A stretch of DNA of 64,000 nucleotides from Octopus sinensis (taxonomy: Eukaryota), in the NCBI RefSeq assembly GCF_006345805.1, contig NC_042999.1, forward strand, positions 27,776,001-27,840,000, given 5' to 3'. Position 1 is the first letter of the stretch, and each line of letters opens with the position of its first letter. Made by a program: the position numbers and the translations under genes. This document shows, piece after piece, positions 40,245 through 54,475 of this stretch. The notes beneath the pieces are model-generated. The model searched no databases, had not been told where the DNA came from, and worked only from the letters and a program-made list of their open reading frames with translations.

Positions 40245-41144
40245 TGTGTGTGCTGCTCACGCGCACGAATGTTTATCTTTGTTTCACACCGCTTGGCAAC
40301 TCATGTTTTGTGTGTACGCCATCGTAAATTAGCGGTTCGGCAAAGAAGTGATTGATAGAATAAGTACCAGACACTAAAAGTCAAAAGTCAAAAGAACTGG
40401 AGTCAATTTTTTCAATTGAACCATTCAAAGCATTGCTCCAGCATGGCCACAGCCCAATTGCTGAAACACGTAAAAGATATGTAGAAATCTAAATTCGTCT
40501 CAACAGCTTGGGCGAAATAACGTACAGTAGAGACTTATAGGGACATGACCTGACATCGACTTTAGTGCTCAAGTGGTATTTATTTCATTGACGCCTAAGG
40601 AAGAAAAGCAAAGTCGAACTTGGCGGAATTTGTACTGAGAATGTTATTCCGGAAGAAGTGTCACTAAGAATTTTGTCAGAAGTGGTGACGATATTGCCAG
40701 CTTGCCGCCTTTGCTTGAATGAAATAATATTGCAGCTGTTGTTCACCCCATGATCAACCACAATTCAGGAAAGTTATTATCGAAACTATTTGGCCTTGAC
40801 CATCCTTTCATTGTTCTACACTAGATAATGTGTCGTCTCTTTATACATGGCAGTAGAGGGAAATGTGAAGGAGATTTGGTTACTATTTTTACCAGGTCAG
40901 TCAACTGCGTTGAAGAATCATCGCAGAGTGGGTGTTTTAAACAGTTGTACTATTCCAACTATTCGTTCCCCCCACCTTTTTTTTTTTACTAGATTCTGTC
41001 ATTAGGATGTGGCTCTACGGGTTTCATGAAACTTTTAGTCCTACAAGTCGGCCCCAGTAGTTATTTCAAGTTTGGTACTTATTTAATCGAGCTACTTCTC
41101 AGATGCGCGAACAAAACAAAATACCCAACACAAATACGCGCGCA

Positions 41145-41206
<62 letters not shown>

Positions 41207-41208
<2 letters not shown>

Positions 41209-41537
41209 TCATTTACTCATTTACTTGTTTCAGTCATTTGACTGTGGCCATGCTAGTACTTATTCTATCGGTCTCTTTTACCGAACCGCTAAGTTACGGG
41301 GACGTAAACACACCAGTATCGGTTGTCAAGCGATGTTGGTGGGGATAAACACAACACACAAACACACACATACATAGATATACATATATACGACGGGCTT
41401 CTTTCAATTTCCGTCTACTAAATCCACTCACAAGGCTTTGGTCGGCCGAAGACACTTGCCAAGGTGCCACGCAGTGGGACTGAACTCGGAACCATGTGGT
41501 TCGTAAGCAAGCTACTTACCACACAGCCACTCCTACG

Positions 41538-41609
<72 letters not shown>

Positions 41610-41940
41610 TCATTTACTCATTTACTTGTTTCAGTCATTTGACTGTGGCCATGCTAGTACTTATTCTATCGGTCTCTTTTACCGAACCGCTAAGTTACGG
41701 GGACGTAAACACACCAGTATCGGTTGTCAAGCGATGTTGGTGGGGATAAACACAACACACAAACACACACATACATAGATATACATATATACGACGGGCT
41801 TCTTTCAATTTCCGTCTACTAAATCCACTCACAAGGCTTTGGTCGGCCCGAAGACACTTGCCCAAGGTGCCACGCAGTGGGACTGAACTCGGAACCATGT
41901 GGTTCGTAAGCAAGCTACTTACCACACAGCCACTCCTACG

Positions 41941-41982
<42 letters not shown>
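41207..41982 (-). repeat. Tandem duplication (~400-bp period) of a deleted family K SINE plus (TA)n
   Basis: Both copies share private deletions (CCATGCTAGTACTT; GGTCGGCC(C)GAAGACAC). Confidence 0.9.
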
Positions 41983-41985
<3 letters not shown>

Positions 41986-42625
41986 TTTCCAATCTAGGGA
42001 TCATGAAACCATCATCCTTCTCTTCTCCAAATTCGCTAGGTCCCACCTCGAATACTGCTGCCCATTGTGGTCCCCCTACAAAAAACGACAAATAATGAGG
42101 ATCGAAACGCCACAAAGATCAATCAAAAATAAATAAATGGCATGATGGGACTTGATTATTGGGCTCGACTTAAACAGCTGAAACTCTATTCTCTGCAACG
42201 TCGCTGTGAGCGATACAATATTTGCACCACGTGGAAAACGTTCCACCAATATCATCCAAATGATATCGGTATTATTTTTACAATTCACCCAAGACTAGGC
42301 CCCCGTGCAATGCGTCACCTTCAAAGGTCGAAATCATATAAGAACATTGCGACACAATTTCTTCACTGCAAATGGTCCTGCACTTTTCAATGTTACCCCG
42401 AAAGAAATTAAGGTAGAAAAAGACCCCACAACTTTCAAACGGTACCTGGAAAAATTCGTCCAGGAAAACCCAGATAAACTACCTACACCTGTATAAGACT
42501 CAACCAACAACAACTCTCTGCTTGAGTCGTCCATGGTGTCCAAAAATAATTAACTAAAAGACTTTTCCAGGTGGTGCTATTTAGTCATGGCCTGGGCCGG
42601 TAATGGCCGAAACCAATCTAAGTTA
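41983..42625 (+). mobile_element. CR1/L2-group LINE 3' fragment
   Basis: RSHLEYCCPLWSPYKK...GLDYWARLKQLKLYSLQRRCERY...GPALFNVTP, with frameshifts. Confidence 0.85.
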
Positions 42626-42659
42626 TATATATATATATTATATATATATATATAGATAT

Positions 42660-42708
<49 letters not shown>

Positions 42709-43517
42709 GTATGTATGTATGTATATGTATATATATATATATATATTATATATATATATATTATATATATATATATACATATATTCGATGGGGTTCTTTC
42801 AGTTTCCGCCTACCAAATCCACTCACAAGGTTTTGGTCGGCGCGAGGCTATAGTAGAAGACACTTGCCGAAGGTGCCATGCATTGGGAATGAACCCAGAA
42901 CCATGTGGTTGGTAAGCAAGCTACTTACCACACAACCACTCATGTGCATACATACACGCATACATTATATATAGCCAGCTAGCTAGCTACCTACCTACCT
43001 ACCTAAATATACATACATACATACATACATACATACATACATACATACATACATACATAAATGGTAGCTGTTAACTAATGAACGATTGTGACCATCGCCG
43101 ACAAAATATTTTATCCTAGATAGACAATGGCTGATAGCTATGCCCATGCTATCTTGCATAACATCACTAAGCTGAATAGTTAGGAAGCAAGGAGAGCAAA
43201 ATCTCCAGCTTCCCAATGAGACTGTTGTTATTTCGGAATTTCCTTCTCCCATTGAGATATTTAAACAAAAACTAGGAGTTTCACTCCTAACATATTGTTC
43301 GGCCGTTGACCCTATTTGAATTCATCCGTGCTTTGACAGGATTTGTTTTTCATGCCAACAAGTTGTCCAACGTAAACCACCCTCCTTACGAAGCAAGCTT
43401 AGTAGGCTTGCCTGTTTGTTCAGACGTCGACGATCTGACCATGTGATAGGTCGTACTGGGTTAAATGTTACCAGTAAGCACTAAACGTGACATCACATAA
43501 CATACATACATACATAC

Positions 43518-43692
43518 ATGATGATGGCCGTCCACTCGTGACCGAGGAAGACCATTGCCGACCTTCAGGAACATTGTGCGCTCTAGGACTAACTTATATT
43601 TTGCATTTGCGGCTCCGTTGGTGGCTAATGAGCCCTGCTCTTGACAAGCATACACGACTGCAAACATTGCAGACCAAGCTTTCCCCATTCAC
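43518..43692 (-). mobile_element. RTE-clade LINE 3' end
   Basis: CNVCSRVCLSRAGLISHQRS zinc finger followed by the tail GGTCTTCCTCGGTCACGAGTGGACGGCCATCATCAT. Confidence 0.8.
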
Positions 43693-45354
43693 TATACATA
43701 CATACATACATACATACATACATACATACATACATACATACATACATACATACATACATACATACATACAAACACACACACATACGTACGTACCTATTTC
43801 TTTACTACCTACAAGGAGCTAAACACAGAGAGGACAAACAAGGACAGACAAACTGATTAAGTCGATTATATCGGCTCCAGTGCAAAACTGGTGCTTATTT
43901 AATCGACCTCGGCGGAATTTGAACTCAGAATGTAGCGGCAGACGAAATGCCGCAAAGCATTTCGCCCGGCGTGCTAACGTTTCTGCCATCTCACCGCCTT
44001 GTATGTACATACATACATACATTCATATTAACACACGCACATACATACATTCATACTTACACACGCACATACATATAACACACGCACACACACACGCACG
44101 CAGGCACATATACATACATACATACAATGATATGGATCTCAACTTGAATTTCCGGCTATGATTATACAGTTGCATCAACTGAAATAACCAAACTCATTGA
44201 ATTAACAGGTAAATGGTTGAGTATCCTATGGACGCGTATATCCTTAATGTCGTAGGGATCAGGGTGCAAAAGCTATTTCTCTGGATTATATGTAGAATAC
44301 ATTAGATAGGCTCTCACACAGTCTATCGAGTTTCACTCATAAATAAAGTGCAGGTTGCCCTATGACTTTGATAAAAGATATTTAGCGAAGATACCATTCA
44401 ATAAGATCAAAGTCTGGACCTTGTGAGAGTCCATATTGCGTCTACATATGTTTGTGTGTTTCTGCGTGTGCGCGTTTGTGTCTGTGTGTGTGTGAGTGTA
44501 TGCAAGCATGTATGTATGTATCTATGCATATGTGCGTGTATGTATATATATATATTATGCACACATGCATATACAGCTTCGACACACGCATGCCATAAAC
44601 CTCCATGTATACGTAACATCCGCTTCTTTTTCCAATGAAAATTAAGATTATAATGAAAGGTGCGTATAATAAAAATCTTAGGCTTTAAACCTTATCACAA
44701 CCCACCTGTATTTAAATTAAAACTAAGTAATAATGTGGAGTGGAATTTATTAGTCATGTTACAAACTCTAGTCCCCACGGCAATATCATTTGACTCGTTT
44801 TTGTCTCTTTTTCTAAATGTTATACCTGGTTATACAACACAGATGCAATGTGATATAATTCATACGCCCTGCAGCGATAAGAAATAATTATATATGTATA
44901 CATATATTAGTTAGAATTTTGGCACAATTTCGAGAGAGGGGGTAAGTCAATTACACTGACTCCAGTGCTCAACTGGAACTTACTTTTTCGACCCCCGAAA
45001 GGATGAAAAGCAATATAGACCTCGGCGGAATTTGAACTCAGACCGAAAGACCGACGATATGCCGCCAAGCATTTTACGTGCTAACGATTCTGCCAGCTTA
45101 CCGCTTATATATCTGCCAGCTTATATATATATATTACATGCATGCTTGCACACATACATACATACATACATACATACATACATCCATACATACATACATA
45201 CATACATACATACATACATACATACATACATACATACATTCCATATAGGTTTTAATCTTGGAGTTTATTTTATTAAGTCCGTTTTCGCGTATCTGCTATC
45301 AGATACCATTATGCAACGGAAATGGACTGCTTTACTGATGATATCTGTATATAA

Positions 45355-46342
45355 GAAATACAAAAATGGGACAAGAACGCAAAATATCCAGAAAACAAGG
45401 ATGGGTCAATCGGTGTTTTCTATCCTCAGTCGAGTTCCTTATTATCTTTGCAATTTTGGCTGGCTATATTCGAGATTGCTCCAATCTGGCCAACCCCAAG
45501 GAAAAACTAAGCTAAGAGCATTATATTCCTTGGAAGAAAGCAGCGAATGTATACGAAAACAAGAACCGTAAAAACGGAGAAGTGTTACACAAATACAAAT
45601 ACAAATAACAGGACATAACAAAAGCGTCTTTCGACTAAGGACGAATTAAATTTAGCAATCTTTCCTTCTTTCTATCAGCCCTTTCACACTTACTTCGTTC
45701 ATTCCACTCTTCGTTCTTTCGTTCCCCCTCTCACATTTCCTAGCCTTCTCTTCATGCTTACTTTCTCTCCTCTTTCCCTTCACTGTGTCCCTTTCATTTT
45801 TCTCGCTCCTTCTTAATTCTTCTATCCCTCTGCCTCTATCTGTCTCTCTTCTCTCGCTACGTGACTGGTGTTCGGCCAAGCCTGACCTTTCTTTCTTGGT
45901 TCGACTACATCCGTGCAACATTTATATTCCTCCCTGTGTCTGACAAACCTTATGCCGCTGCCGTAAGGCTTTACTTCCACACACGTCAGCTTAATTTAAT
46001 TCGTCCTTAGTCGAAAGACACCTGTTGTTATGTCCTGTTATTTGCATTTGTATTTGTGTAACATTTCTCTGTTTTTCCGTCCTTGTTTTCGTATACATTC
46101 GCTGCTTTCTTCCAAGGAATCTAATGCTTTTAGCTTAGTTTTTCCTTGGGGCTGGCCAGATTGGAGCAATCACGAGTATAACCAGCCGAAATTGCAAAGA
46201 TAATCTGGAACTCAACTGAGGATAGAAAGCTCCGAATGACCCGTGCTTATTTTCTTTGGATCGTGAGCCTGGATGTTTTGTTGTCCCTTTTTTGTATCAC
46301 CTATCTGGATGTTTTGCGTTCTTGTCCCATTTTTGTATTTTT
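45355..46342. repeat. Inverted repeat of a pLTR-like sequence (arms ~300 bp) around a CT-rich spacer
   Basis: 45355-45653 is the reverse complement of ~45993-46342 (e.g. TTTCGACTAAGGACGAATTAAATT / AATTTAATTCGTCCTTAGTCGAAA). Related fragments lie at ~29600-29755 and ~39660-39790. Confidence 0.85.
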
Positions 46343-47498
46343 ATATATGTATGTATATATATATATATAGAGTGGTTGTATACTGTCAACTTAACGTGAC
46401 AGTCCCGTATGGGAATTACACCACCGCTGTTTAGCCCTAGGAAGCATCGAAGGCTTCCTGTCGGCTTTGAGACATTTTCTGTGTCCTTATATTTGTGAAG
46501 GGGAGGCAAGCACTCTATCGCTCCACCACCGCTCATGTCTCTTTGAGACATTTAGAAATTTAATATTTCTGATATATATATATATATATACATAATATAT
46601 ACATAATATACATAATAGATTGTGTCTGCAGAATCATCTGTCTATTAATAGTTTGACTTCGCTGCAGTAACGCACACACACACACAAACATACGCGCGCG
46701 CGCACACAGACACACACCGACCAATTCAGATAACCATAAACCTCAAGAGCCGTCTTGACTTAAGCAATGTTGTTGGTAATAAACTTGGCTTCTCAAAACG
46801 GAAAAGACTTAAATAAATCCACCAAAAAGCACACATTCACGTAAAAATTATAACAGAGACGTATATATATATATATATTTGTACGTATATATATATTTGT
46901 ACGTATAAACCCCAACTCACATTTTACACGCACACGCATTCATATGTTTCGTATTCTCATCTACCCACGAATTCACATTTTTGCTTTCAATTCAAATTTA
47001 GAGGGAATAAGAAAAATCTGTTGATTTTGAGCCTCAATATTTTGTTTATATAAGTTTATATAATTCTCGTTTCGATTCTTGTTTACAAATACAAACCCTA
47101 TGTTTTTGTTTATTTTCTTTTTATTCATCTTCTTTTTTTTGAGCTAAGCATCTGCCTTTAATCAAATTTTGGTTGGGTGGACGCTGTGACAGTCTTTTAT
47201 ATAAACATACTAATGCGCTTATTTTAGAAAAAAAAAAAAAAACCGTTGTGTTGTGAAATAAAAACGAGAAAAATGGAAGTCGGAAACGACCTCAGCTAAA
47301 CCCTAAATTTGTCAGCAGTTACATGTAGCTTAAGTGACTTTTATGCACATTTGTGTGTGTGGGTGTATGGGTGTATGTTGAATGCGTGCGTGAGCGTGTG
47401 GGTGAGAGACAGAGAGAGAGAGAAAGATAGACAGAAAGACAGACATAAGTCATACAAAAGATTGTTTCCTGACTTAGGCACAAGGTTACAATCCTTGG

Positions 47499-47589
<91 letters not shown>

Positions 47590-47872
47590 CATAAATACAT
47601 ACATACATACTACATACATACATGCATGCATACATGTATCATGTATGTATATATGTGTATATGCATTTGTGTGTCCGCATGTACTTAATAACAACACGAT
47701 TTAGCACTAAATGATGTTTCGTGGGCGCGTAGGACACGTCCGCCTTATTTAACTTCTACCAAATTTGTTTCTTTAGATTGTCCATTCACTCACTTATACG
47801 TATATGCATGCATACATACATGCATACATACATACATACATGTATATACACAGTATATATGTGTATATATAT

Positions 47873-47940
<68 letters not shown>

Positions 47941-47963
47941 GTATGCATGTATGTATGTATGTA

Positions 47964-48414
47964 CGAAGGGGTATCCAAAAGAAATCGGAACTTTGCAATA
48001 TTATTTTACTCATTTAGTTTTACATGTTTACACACTTTTATCGCCTTCAAAGTATTCTCCATTTGAAGCAATGCATCGGTCAAGGAGCATTTTCCACTGT
48101 CCGAGGCAGTGTTGGAACTTTTGCGAAGTGATGCCAAGCATGACAACTATTCCAGCCGCTGTTTTCCCCAGCAGAAAACAAAATTTCAAGGAAGCATGCT
48201 GTTCCTTTGTTTCAGCTATCGCAAAAGTCGACGAACAGGGAAGAAGCACAGCAAAGGAAATATGCACTACATAACAGTAGGACTACACTCGATGACGGCG
48301 GTCGGCATACTGATGTCTGAATGTCGCATCAAGTGGCTTCTAGCGGCGGAAGCCTGAACCACGAAGTAGTTGTCCTACAGAGAACGTTTCCGGTTACTTT
48401 TGGGTACCCCCTCT
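47964..48414 (-). mobile_element. Internally deleted mariner element
   Basis: TA-flanked imperfect TIRs CGAAGGGGTATCCAAAAGAAATCGGAA / TTCCGGTTACTTTTGGGTACCCCCTCT. The ORF reads EQHASLKFCFLLGKTAA...CLGQWKMLLDRCIASNGEYFEGD. Confidence 0.9.
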
Positions 48415-48472
48415 TATGTATGTATGTATGTATGTATGTATGTATGTATGTATGTATGTATGTATGTATGTA

Positions 48473-48760
48473 TGAAGGCATAGCTATTGATCGTAGCAGG
48501 TGGAGAAGCATTGTGCATGAGAGGACAGCTACGTTTGAGAAATCTCGAGTTGCACATGAGAAAGTAAGGAGGGATGTCAGGAAGGGCATCGCTATGAGAC
48601 CTCCAGAAGGGAAGGGTCTCCCTTTGATTCTGACATGCAATGTCTGTGCAAGACCCTGCCTCAGTAAAGCTGGACTCATGAGTCATCTTCGTAGTCATAA
48701 AACGAGACAGATGAGTGACAACCTGGCCATCGTGGTGGTGTAACACACCATACTAATCAT
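48473..48760 (+). mobile_element. RTE-clade LINE 3' end
   Basis: AIDRSRWRSIVHERTATFEKSR...CNVCARPCLSKAGLMSHLRSH. Confidence 0.85.
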
Positions 48761-49019
48761 ATCTGTCGGGCATGTGGAAGAGAGTGTAATTCGGTAGGAG
48801 GACTTAAACGACATGCAAAGGTACATGAAGCCCAGTTACAACTACAGCCGGCTATTACCGGTAAAGGTTTTAGTTGCCAATTCTGTACAAGACATTGTAG
48901 ATCTTTAGCTGGGCTAAAAAGTCACATTCGATCACAGCACCAGTAACAGTTAAGCTTCGTGCAATGGCCATACTCGATAACGAGGAGGCTGCCATAAATG
49001 TGTGTGTGTGTGTGTGTGT

Positions 49020-49528
49020 GCATGTATATATGTATTTCTTTACTGCCCACAAGGGGCTAAACAAGGACAGACAAAGGGATTAAGTCGATTACATCGACCC
49101 CAGTGCGAAACTGGTACTTAATTTATCGACCCCGAAAGGATGAAAAGCAAAGTCGACCTCGGCGGAATTTGAACTCAGAACGTGACAGACGAAATATCGC
49201 TAAGCATTTCTCCCGGCGCGCTAACGTTTCTGCCAGCTCGCCGCCTTATATGCATGTATGCATGTATGTGTGTGTGTGTGTGTGTGCATGTATATATGTA
49301 TTTCTTTACTGCCCACAAGGGGCTAAACAAGGACAGACAAAGGGATTAAGTCGATTACATCGACCCCAGTGCGAAACTGGTACTTAATTTATCGACCCCG
49401 AAAGGATGAAAAGCAAAGTCGACCTCGGCGGAATTTGAACTCAGAACGTGACAGACGAAATATCGCTAAGCATTTCTCCCGGCGCGCTAACGTTTCTGCC
49501 AGCTCGCCGCCTTATATGCATGTATGCA

Positions 49529-49552
<24 letters not shown>
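49020..49552 (-). repeat. Tandem duplication (266-bp period) of a family M SINE
   Basis: Identical ORF starts at 49103 and 49369. Confidence 0.9.
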
Positions 49553-49563
<11 letters not shown>

Positions 49564-50330
49564 ACACAGATATGCAAGTATACATTTTTCTATTGTTGCC
49601 ATTATAGATAGCAATTTACGAGTGCGATTGATGGTCTTTATTGGCGATGTGTCATCGGTCACATTACCAAATCTCTGGAGCTATGACAGTTCTTCCCTTG
49701 TTTTGTGTTTTCCTAACTTTAAATCAGGAAGGATCATAATGTCCAGTATCCTTCCATCAGCATTCGAAATCAGTGAGAATGATGAAGATATCCTCTTGGA
49801 AACCTGCCCCGAATGCTTGCATCCCATTGAGTGGCAGGTAGTTGTCTTCAATTGGGAATCAGAGTAACTCTACCACTTATGTAGATCATAGTGGGATTTG
49901 AACTCAGAACGTAAAGAACCGGAATAAATACTGCAAGGCACCAGTTCTTTCGTTCTTAAAGTCCCCAATTTACTGTTCTGGATTGGCTCCTTTTTATCGA
50001 TTCCGTACCCAGCGGGAGCTAACTCGAAGAGGAGACGGTCAGAATAAATATTGTGCCAAATTCATTCTGTACCGCATTCTAAGCATTCTGATAATTCGCT
50101 TCCTAAATATTTACAATGTGCCGGATTATACTACCTGTGTTACTTATGCTAGCATTCACTAAATCAAAATGTTTTCCAATACTTCAAATCAAACAATATT
50201 TTTGAGGGAAAATTGTAATTCTTGACACTTTGCACTTATCCTCTTCATATTCAGGTACCTAAACACGCCAACACCATTTGTCAAGCAGTAGTGGTGAGAC
50301 AAACACAGACCCAAAGATACACACGCATGG

Positions 50331-50377
<47 letters not shown>

Positions 50378-50604
50378 ATGATAAATTAAATATAGAAATA
50401 TTCTATTGACAATCCAATAATTTATTTATATACAATATTACATTAAATACTATGAATATAATATATAACATAATATTATATAAATAATTATAAAAACCAT
50501 AAAAGGCCAATGAATTGTTTCGACTTATATATATTTTTTCGTATATATCTAGTCACAGTTCCATTAAATATAATCCTTTGAAGGATTTCTATTCCTCAAT
50601 TTGT

Positions 50605-50661
<57 letters not shown>

Positions 50662-52010
50662 CGGCGGGTTTCTTTCTGTTTCGGTCTACCAAGTCCACTC
50701 ACAAGGCTTTGGTTAGCCTGAGACTATAGTAGAAGACACTTGTCCACAGTGTCGCATAGTGGGATTGAACTCGAAAACATGTGATTGGGAAGCAAGCTTC
50801 TTACCACACAGCCACGTCTGCGCCTATCTACAGAAACACAAACAAAACAAAACACGTAAACATAAAGCACAAAAAGCTGTATTTATGGGGCTGCTCCACG
50901 TATCGGTCTAATGCACCTCAAATTACATCTCAGTCTTATAAAATAGAAGACCATTCTTAAAAGTCTAACGTGAGTCACTCTATGTATTAACTCGTTCAGT
51001 TTTGTTGATATTGTATAGTCTACGGCAATCTTGACTGTGCAGACCTGTCTGGCATCTAACATTTACACTGTTATAAATATCGTGTTTATGATTTAGGATG
51101 AAAAACTAAACTTCCTTCCGTTTTATTTTTAGTTTATCTAATTATGGCGAGGGCCAGAAACACTCCATGACCTCTTTTCAGGGTCTTCAAGATGCTTAAG
51201 ATGAAAGAAAAAAGTTGTTACCGTGTTGATGACTTGGTCTGTTAAATTGTAGCCATCGGTGAGCTGGTTGTACTTAACAAAGTAACTGATTGCGTCAGAG
51301 GTACTCAGCCACTTTTTTTTCCACCTGTGGACTCCTTTGATTCATATTCTACTTAGATGGACCCTCCAAGCCACTTGATGTTATAAAAATCCCATTATAT
51401 CCCTATAATTAAATAATATCAGGAATTGTATTTAAAAAATTGCTAAAATGTTTTGTGCATTGTAGTAGAACCAATTTACTTCAAATAAATTCTAGCAACA
51501 AAATCTTATGTAGTGCCCCAAAGGTCATAGGGACCCCAGTTGGCAATCACTGGATTACGTTTACTATCTATGAACATAAGTCCTACCAAAAAGACTACTA
51601 CACGATTTCAAAGATACTGGATCAAAGAGCTGCATAGGATATCGAAACCGAAATCACGAATTACAAAGTAAAACATTTATGCTTCAATTTTATAGGCTTC
51701 TCTGGTATACATTTACTTATTATCGGCGTGCCGATACAGTTTGAGTTACGACTAAAAAAATACATGGATTCATATCTATGAGGTTTTAAAATCTGGTTGT
51801 GGAATTAGGTACACGGGAGCATTGAACAATTTTCCATTATCTTCATCATCATCATCATCATCATCTTCATCATCATCATCATCATCTTCATCATCATCAT
51901 CATCATCATCATCACCAGCAGCAATAGCAGCAGCAGTATGTGTTTACTTTTTTCCATACTTGCATAGATCAGAGACAATTCGTTGCGGTAAACATTCTAC
52001 TGCAGATGTA

Positions 52011-52425
52011 AGGCGGCGAGCTGGCAGAAACGTTAGCACGCCGGGCGAAATGCTTAGCACTATTTCGTCTGCCGTTACGTTCTGAGTTCAAATTCCGCCG
52101 AGGTCGACTTTGCCTTTCATCCTTTGGGAGTCAATAAATTAAGTACCACTTACGCAGTGGGGGCGATATAATCGACTTAATCCGTTTGTCTGTCCTTGTT
52201 TGTCCTCTCTGTGTTTAGGCCCTTGTGGGTAGTAAAGAAATAGGTATTTTGTCTGTCACTGCATTCTGAGTTCAAATTCCGCCGAGGTCGACTTTGCCTT
52301 TCATCCTTTCAGGGTCGATAAATTAAGTACCACTTACGCAGTGCGGTCGATATAATCGACTTAATCCGTTTGTCTGTCCTTGTTTGTCCTCTCTGTGTTT
52401 AGCCCCTTGTGGGTAGTAAAGAAAT
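52011..52425 (+). mobile_element. Family M SINE with duplicated body
   Basis: The TTCTGAGTTCAAATTCCGCCGAGGTCGAC...GTGGGTAGTAAAGAAAT block occurs twice. Similar structures at ~58958-59352 and ~62685-63300. Confidence 0.9.
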
Positions 52426-52645
52426 TGGTAAACATTCTACTGCACGGTAACCTTCCTGCCGCCTACACTTACCTATTTTCAAGCGAGTTAATACTTTCTC
52501 ATGGCCAGACGTGTATCCACTGAATATTGGAAACGAACTACTTAACTATATAGTAATAATAACAGAAATAATAACACACACACATTATACTATACATATA
52601 TGTAACTGTATCTCTCTCTCTCTCTCTCTCTGTATATATATATAC

Positions 52646-53061
52646 AGGCGCAGGAGTGGCTGTGTGGTAAGTAGCTTGCTAACCAACCACATGGTTCCGG
52701 GTTCAGTCCCACTGCGTGGCATCTTGGGCAAGTGTCTTCTGCTATAGCCCCGGGCCGACCAAAGCCTTGTGAGTGGATTTGGTAGACGGAAACTGAAAGA
52801 AGCCTGTCGTATATATGTATATATATATATATATAAGTGTATGTGTTTGTGTGTCTGTGTTTGTCCCCCTAGCATTGCTTGACAACCGATGCTGGTGTGT
52901 TTACGTCCCCGTCACTTAGCGGTTCGGCAAAAGAGACCGATAGAATAAGTATTGGGCTTACAAAGAATAAGTCCCGGGGTCGATTTGCTCGACTAAAAGC
53001 GGTGCTCCAGCATGGCCGCAGTCAAATGACTCAAACAAATAAAAGAGTAAAGAGTAAAAGA

Positions 53062-53062
<1 letters not shown>
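52646..53062 (+). mobile_element. Family K SINE, full length (tRNA head, CORE-like segment, internal TA/TG microsatellite)
   Basis: GGCGCAGGAGTGGCTGTGTGGTAAG head, GGTTCAGTCCC B-box, CTTGGGCAAGTG, AAAGAGT-repeat tail. Confidence 0.9.
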
Positions 53063-53115
<53 letters not shown>

Positions 53116-53235
53116 AATGAATATTTTCAAAGAGGAAGAATTTACGAATTTTTTCTCTTACGAGGTTTTTCTCGCTGACTACTGATAATTTCTTTTTAAG
53201 ATTTTATCCTCAATTGTTAATATATATATATATTG

Positions 53236-53436
53236 ATTCGTTAGTTACTGCACGCATTTTTTTTCTCTCCTTCTTTCTGTGTTCTTTTTTCTCTCTGTGT
53301 ATCTTTCTGTTGAAGAGCGTAGGCTCGAAACGTTAAAGACTTGTTTTATTTATATTTCCTGAGCGCCATACTAATACAATTGTTTGTTTGTTTTCCACCT
53401 GCCTTCGTCTTTTGTCTATTTTCATAAAGCTTCCCG

Positions 53437-53440
<4 letters not shown>
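53236..53440 (+). mobile_element. Penelope-type pLTR remnant with hammerhead-like motif (53302-53340)
   Basis: TCTTT-CTGTTGA-A-GAGC-GTAG-GCTC-GAAACGTT-AAAGA. Confidence 0.65.
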
Positions 53441-53474
<34 letters not shown>

Positions 53475-54423
53475 TAAAAGCTAGGCTTGTTAAAAGACGG
53501 CTAAATATATGATTTATAAAACCGAGATGTTTTTGTCCGGGACTGATCTGGTTGAACTCGCACATGTTTTACGCAGGTTCCATCGTGCTTCGCAAAACAA
53601 ACATTCATTTCTTAAGTAAAGCATTCGAAATTATATTGACTGTTAATTCAAGTAGTTGCAGCAGAGATGGCTCACAGCTGTATGCCTACATCAAGCAGAT
53701 GCTGAAATCCATTTTGTTTTTATCAAATACTTCGTTAGAGTCACCCAATGAATCTTTTCTTCTTCTTGGTGTCTCACTTTCTGTCGATGATTTCGTTGCT
53801 AGCTATCGCTTCGTGTGTATTTTCTTTAAAATAGTTTCCATTTCTCTTCTTTGTTTTTATTTTCCCCTTTGTTTTGACGTCTGTTGATTTTTTGTTTGTT
53901 TTTATTCTTATTGCTGGCGTCTTTGTTGTTGTTATTTTTAATTTATCTCTCCTGAAAACAGAGGTCGTACCCGTTACCACCAGCGAAGACACTGTTGTTG
54001 GTTCGAGTCTTCATAAAGAAACGTTTTAACTTGCTTTAAGCCACATGGGTGGCTCTAAATATGCTTCAAAATTGCGTAAGGTCGCCGCATCCAGATGATA
54101 TTCAAAAAAACATATGTGTTATTATATGATTTACATAAATATAGCATTGCTATGTTTTGGAAGCTGGCACTCACACACATGTACGTGCCCGTATTTATAT
54201 ATGTGTGCGTATTCATGTGTATCTGTGTAGGTGTGTGAGTGAGTGAGTGTGTCAGTGAGTATATGTGCGTGCATGTGTGTGTGTATGTGTGTATGTGTGT
54301 GTGTGTATACATACACACCCTCCACCCACCCACGCATGCATGCACTCAGAGACAGACATATACACATGTGCTCGAGCATCCGAACTTGTGTGCGTGTGTA
54401 TATACATATGTAGCAAGGGAGAT

Positions 54424-54475
<52 letters not shown>

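Noticed and set aside
52646-52720. Functional tRNA genes at SINE heads
   Set aside because: The heads continue directly into SINE bodies and lack complete cloverleaf pairing.
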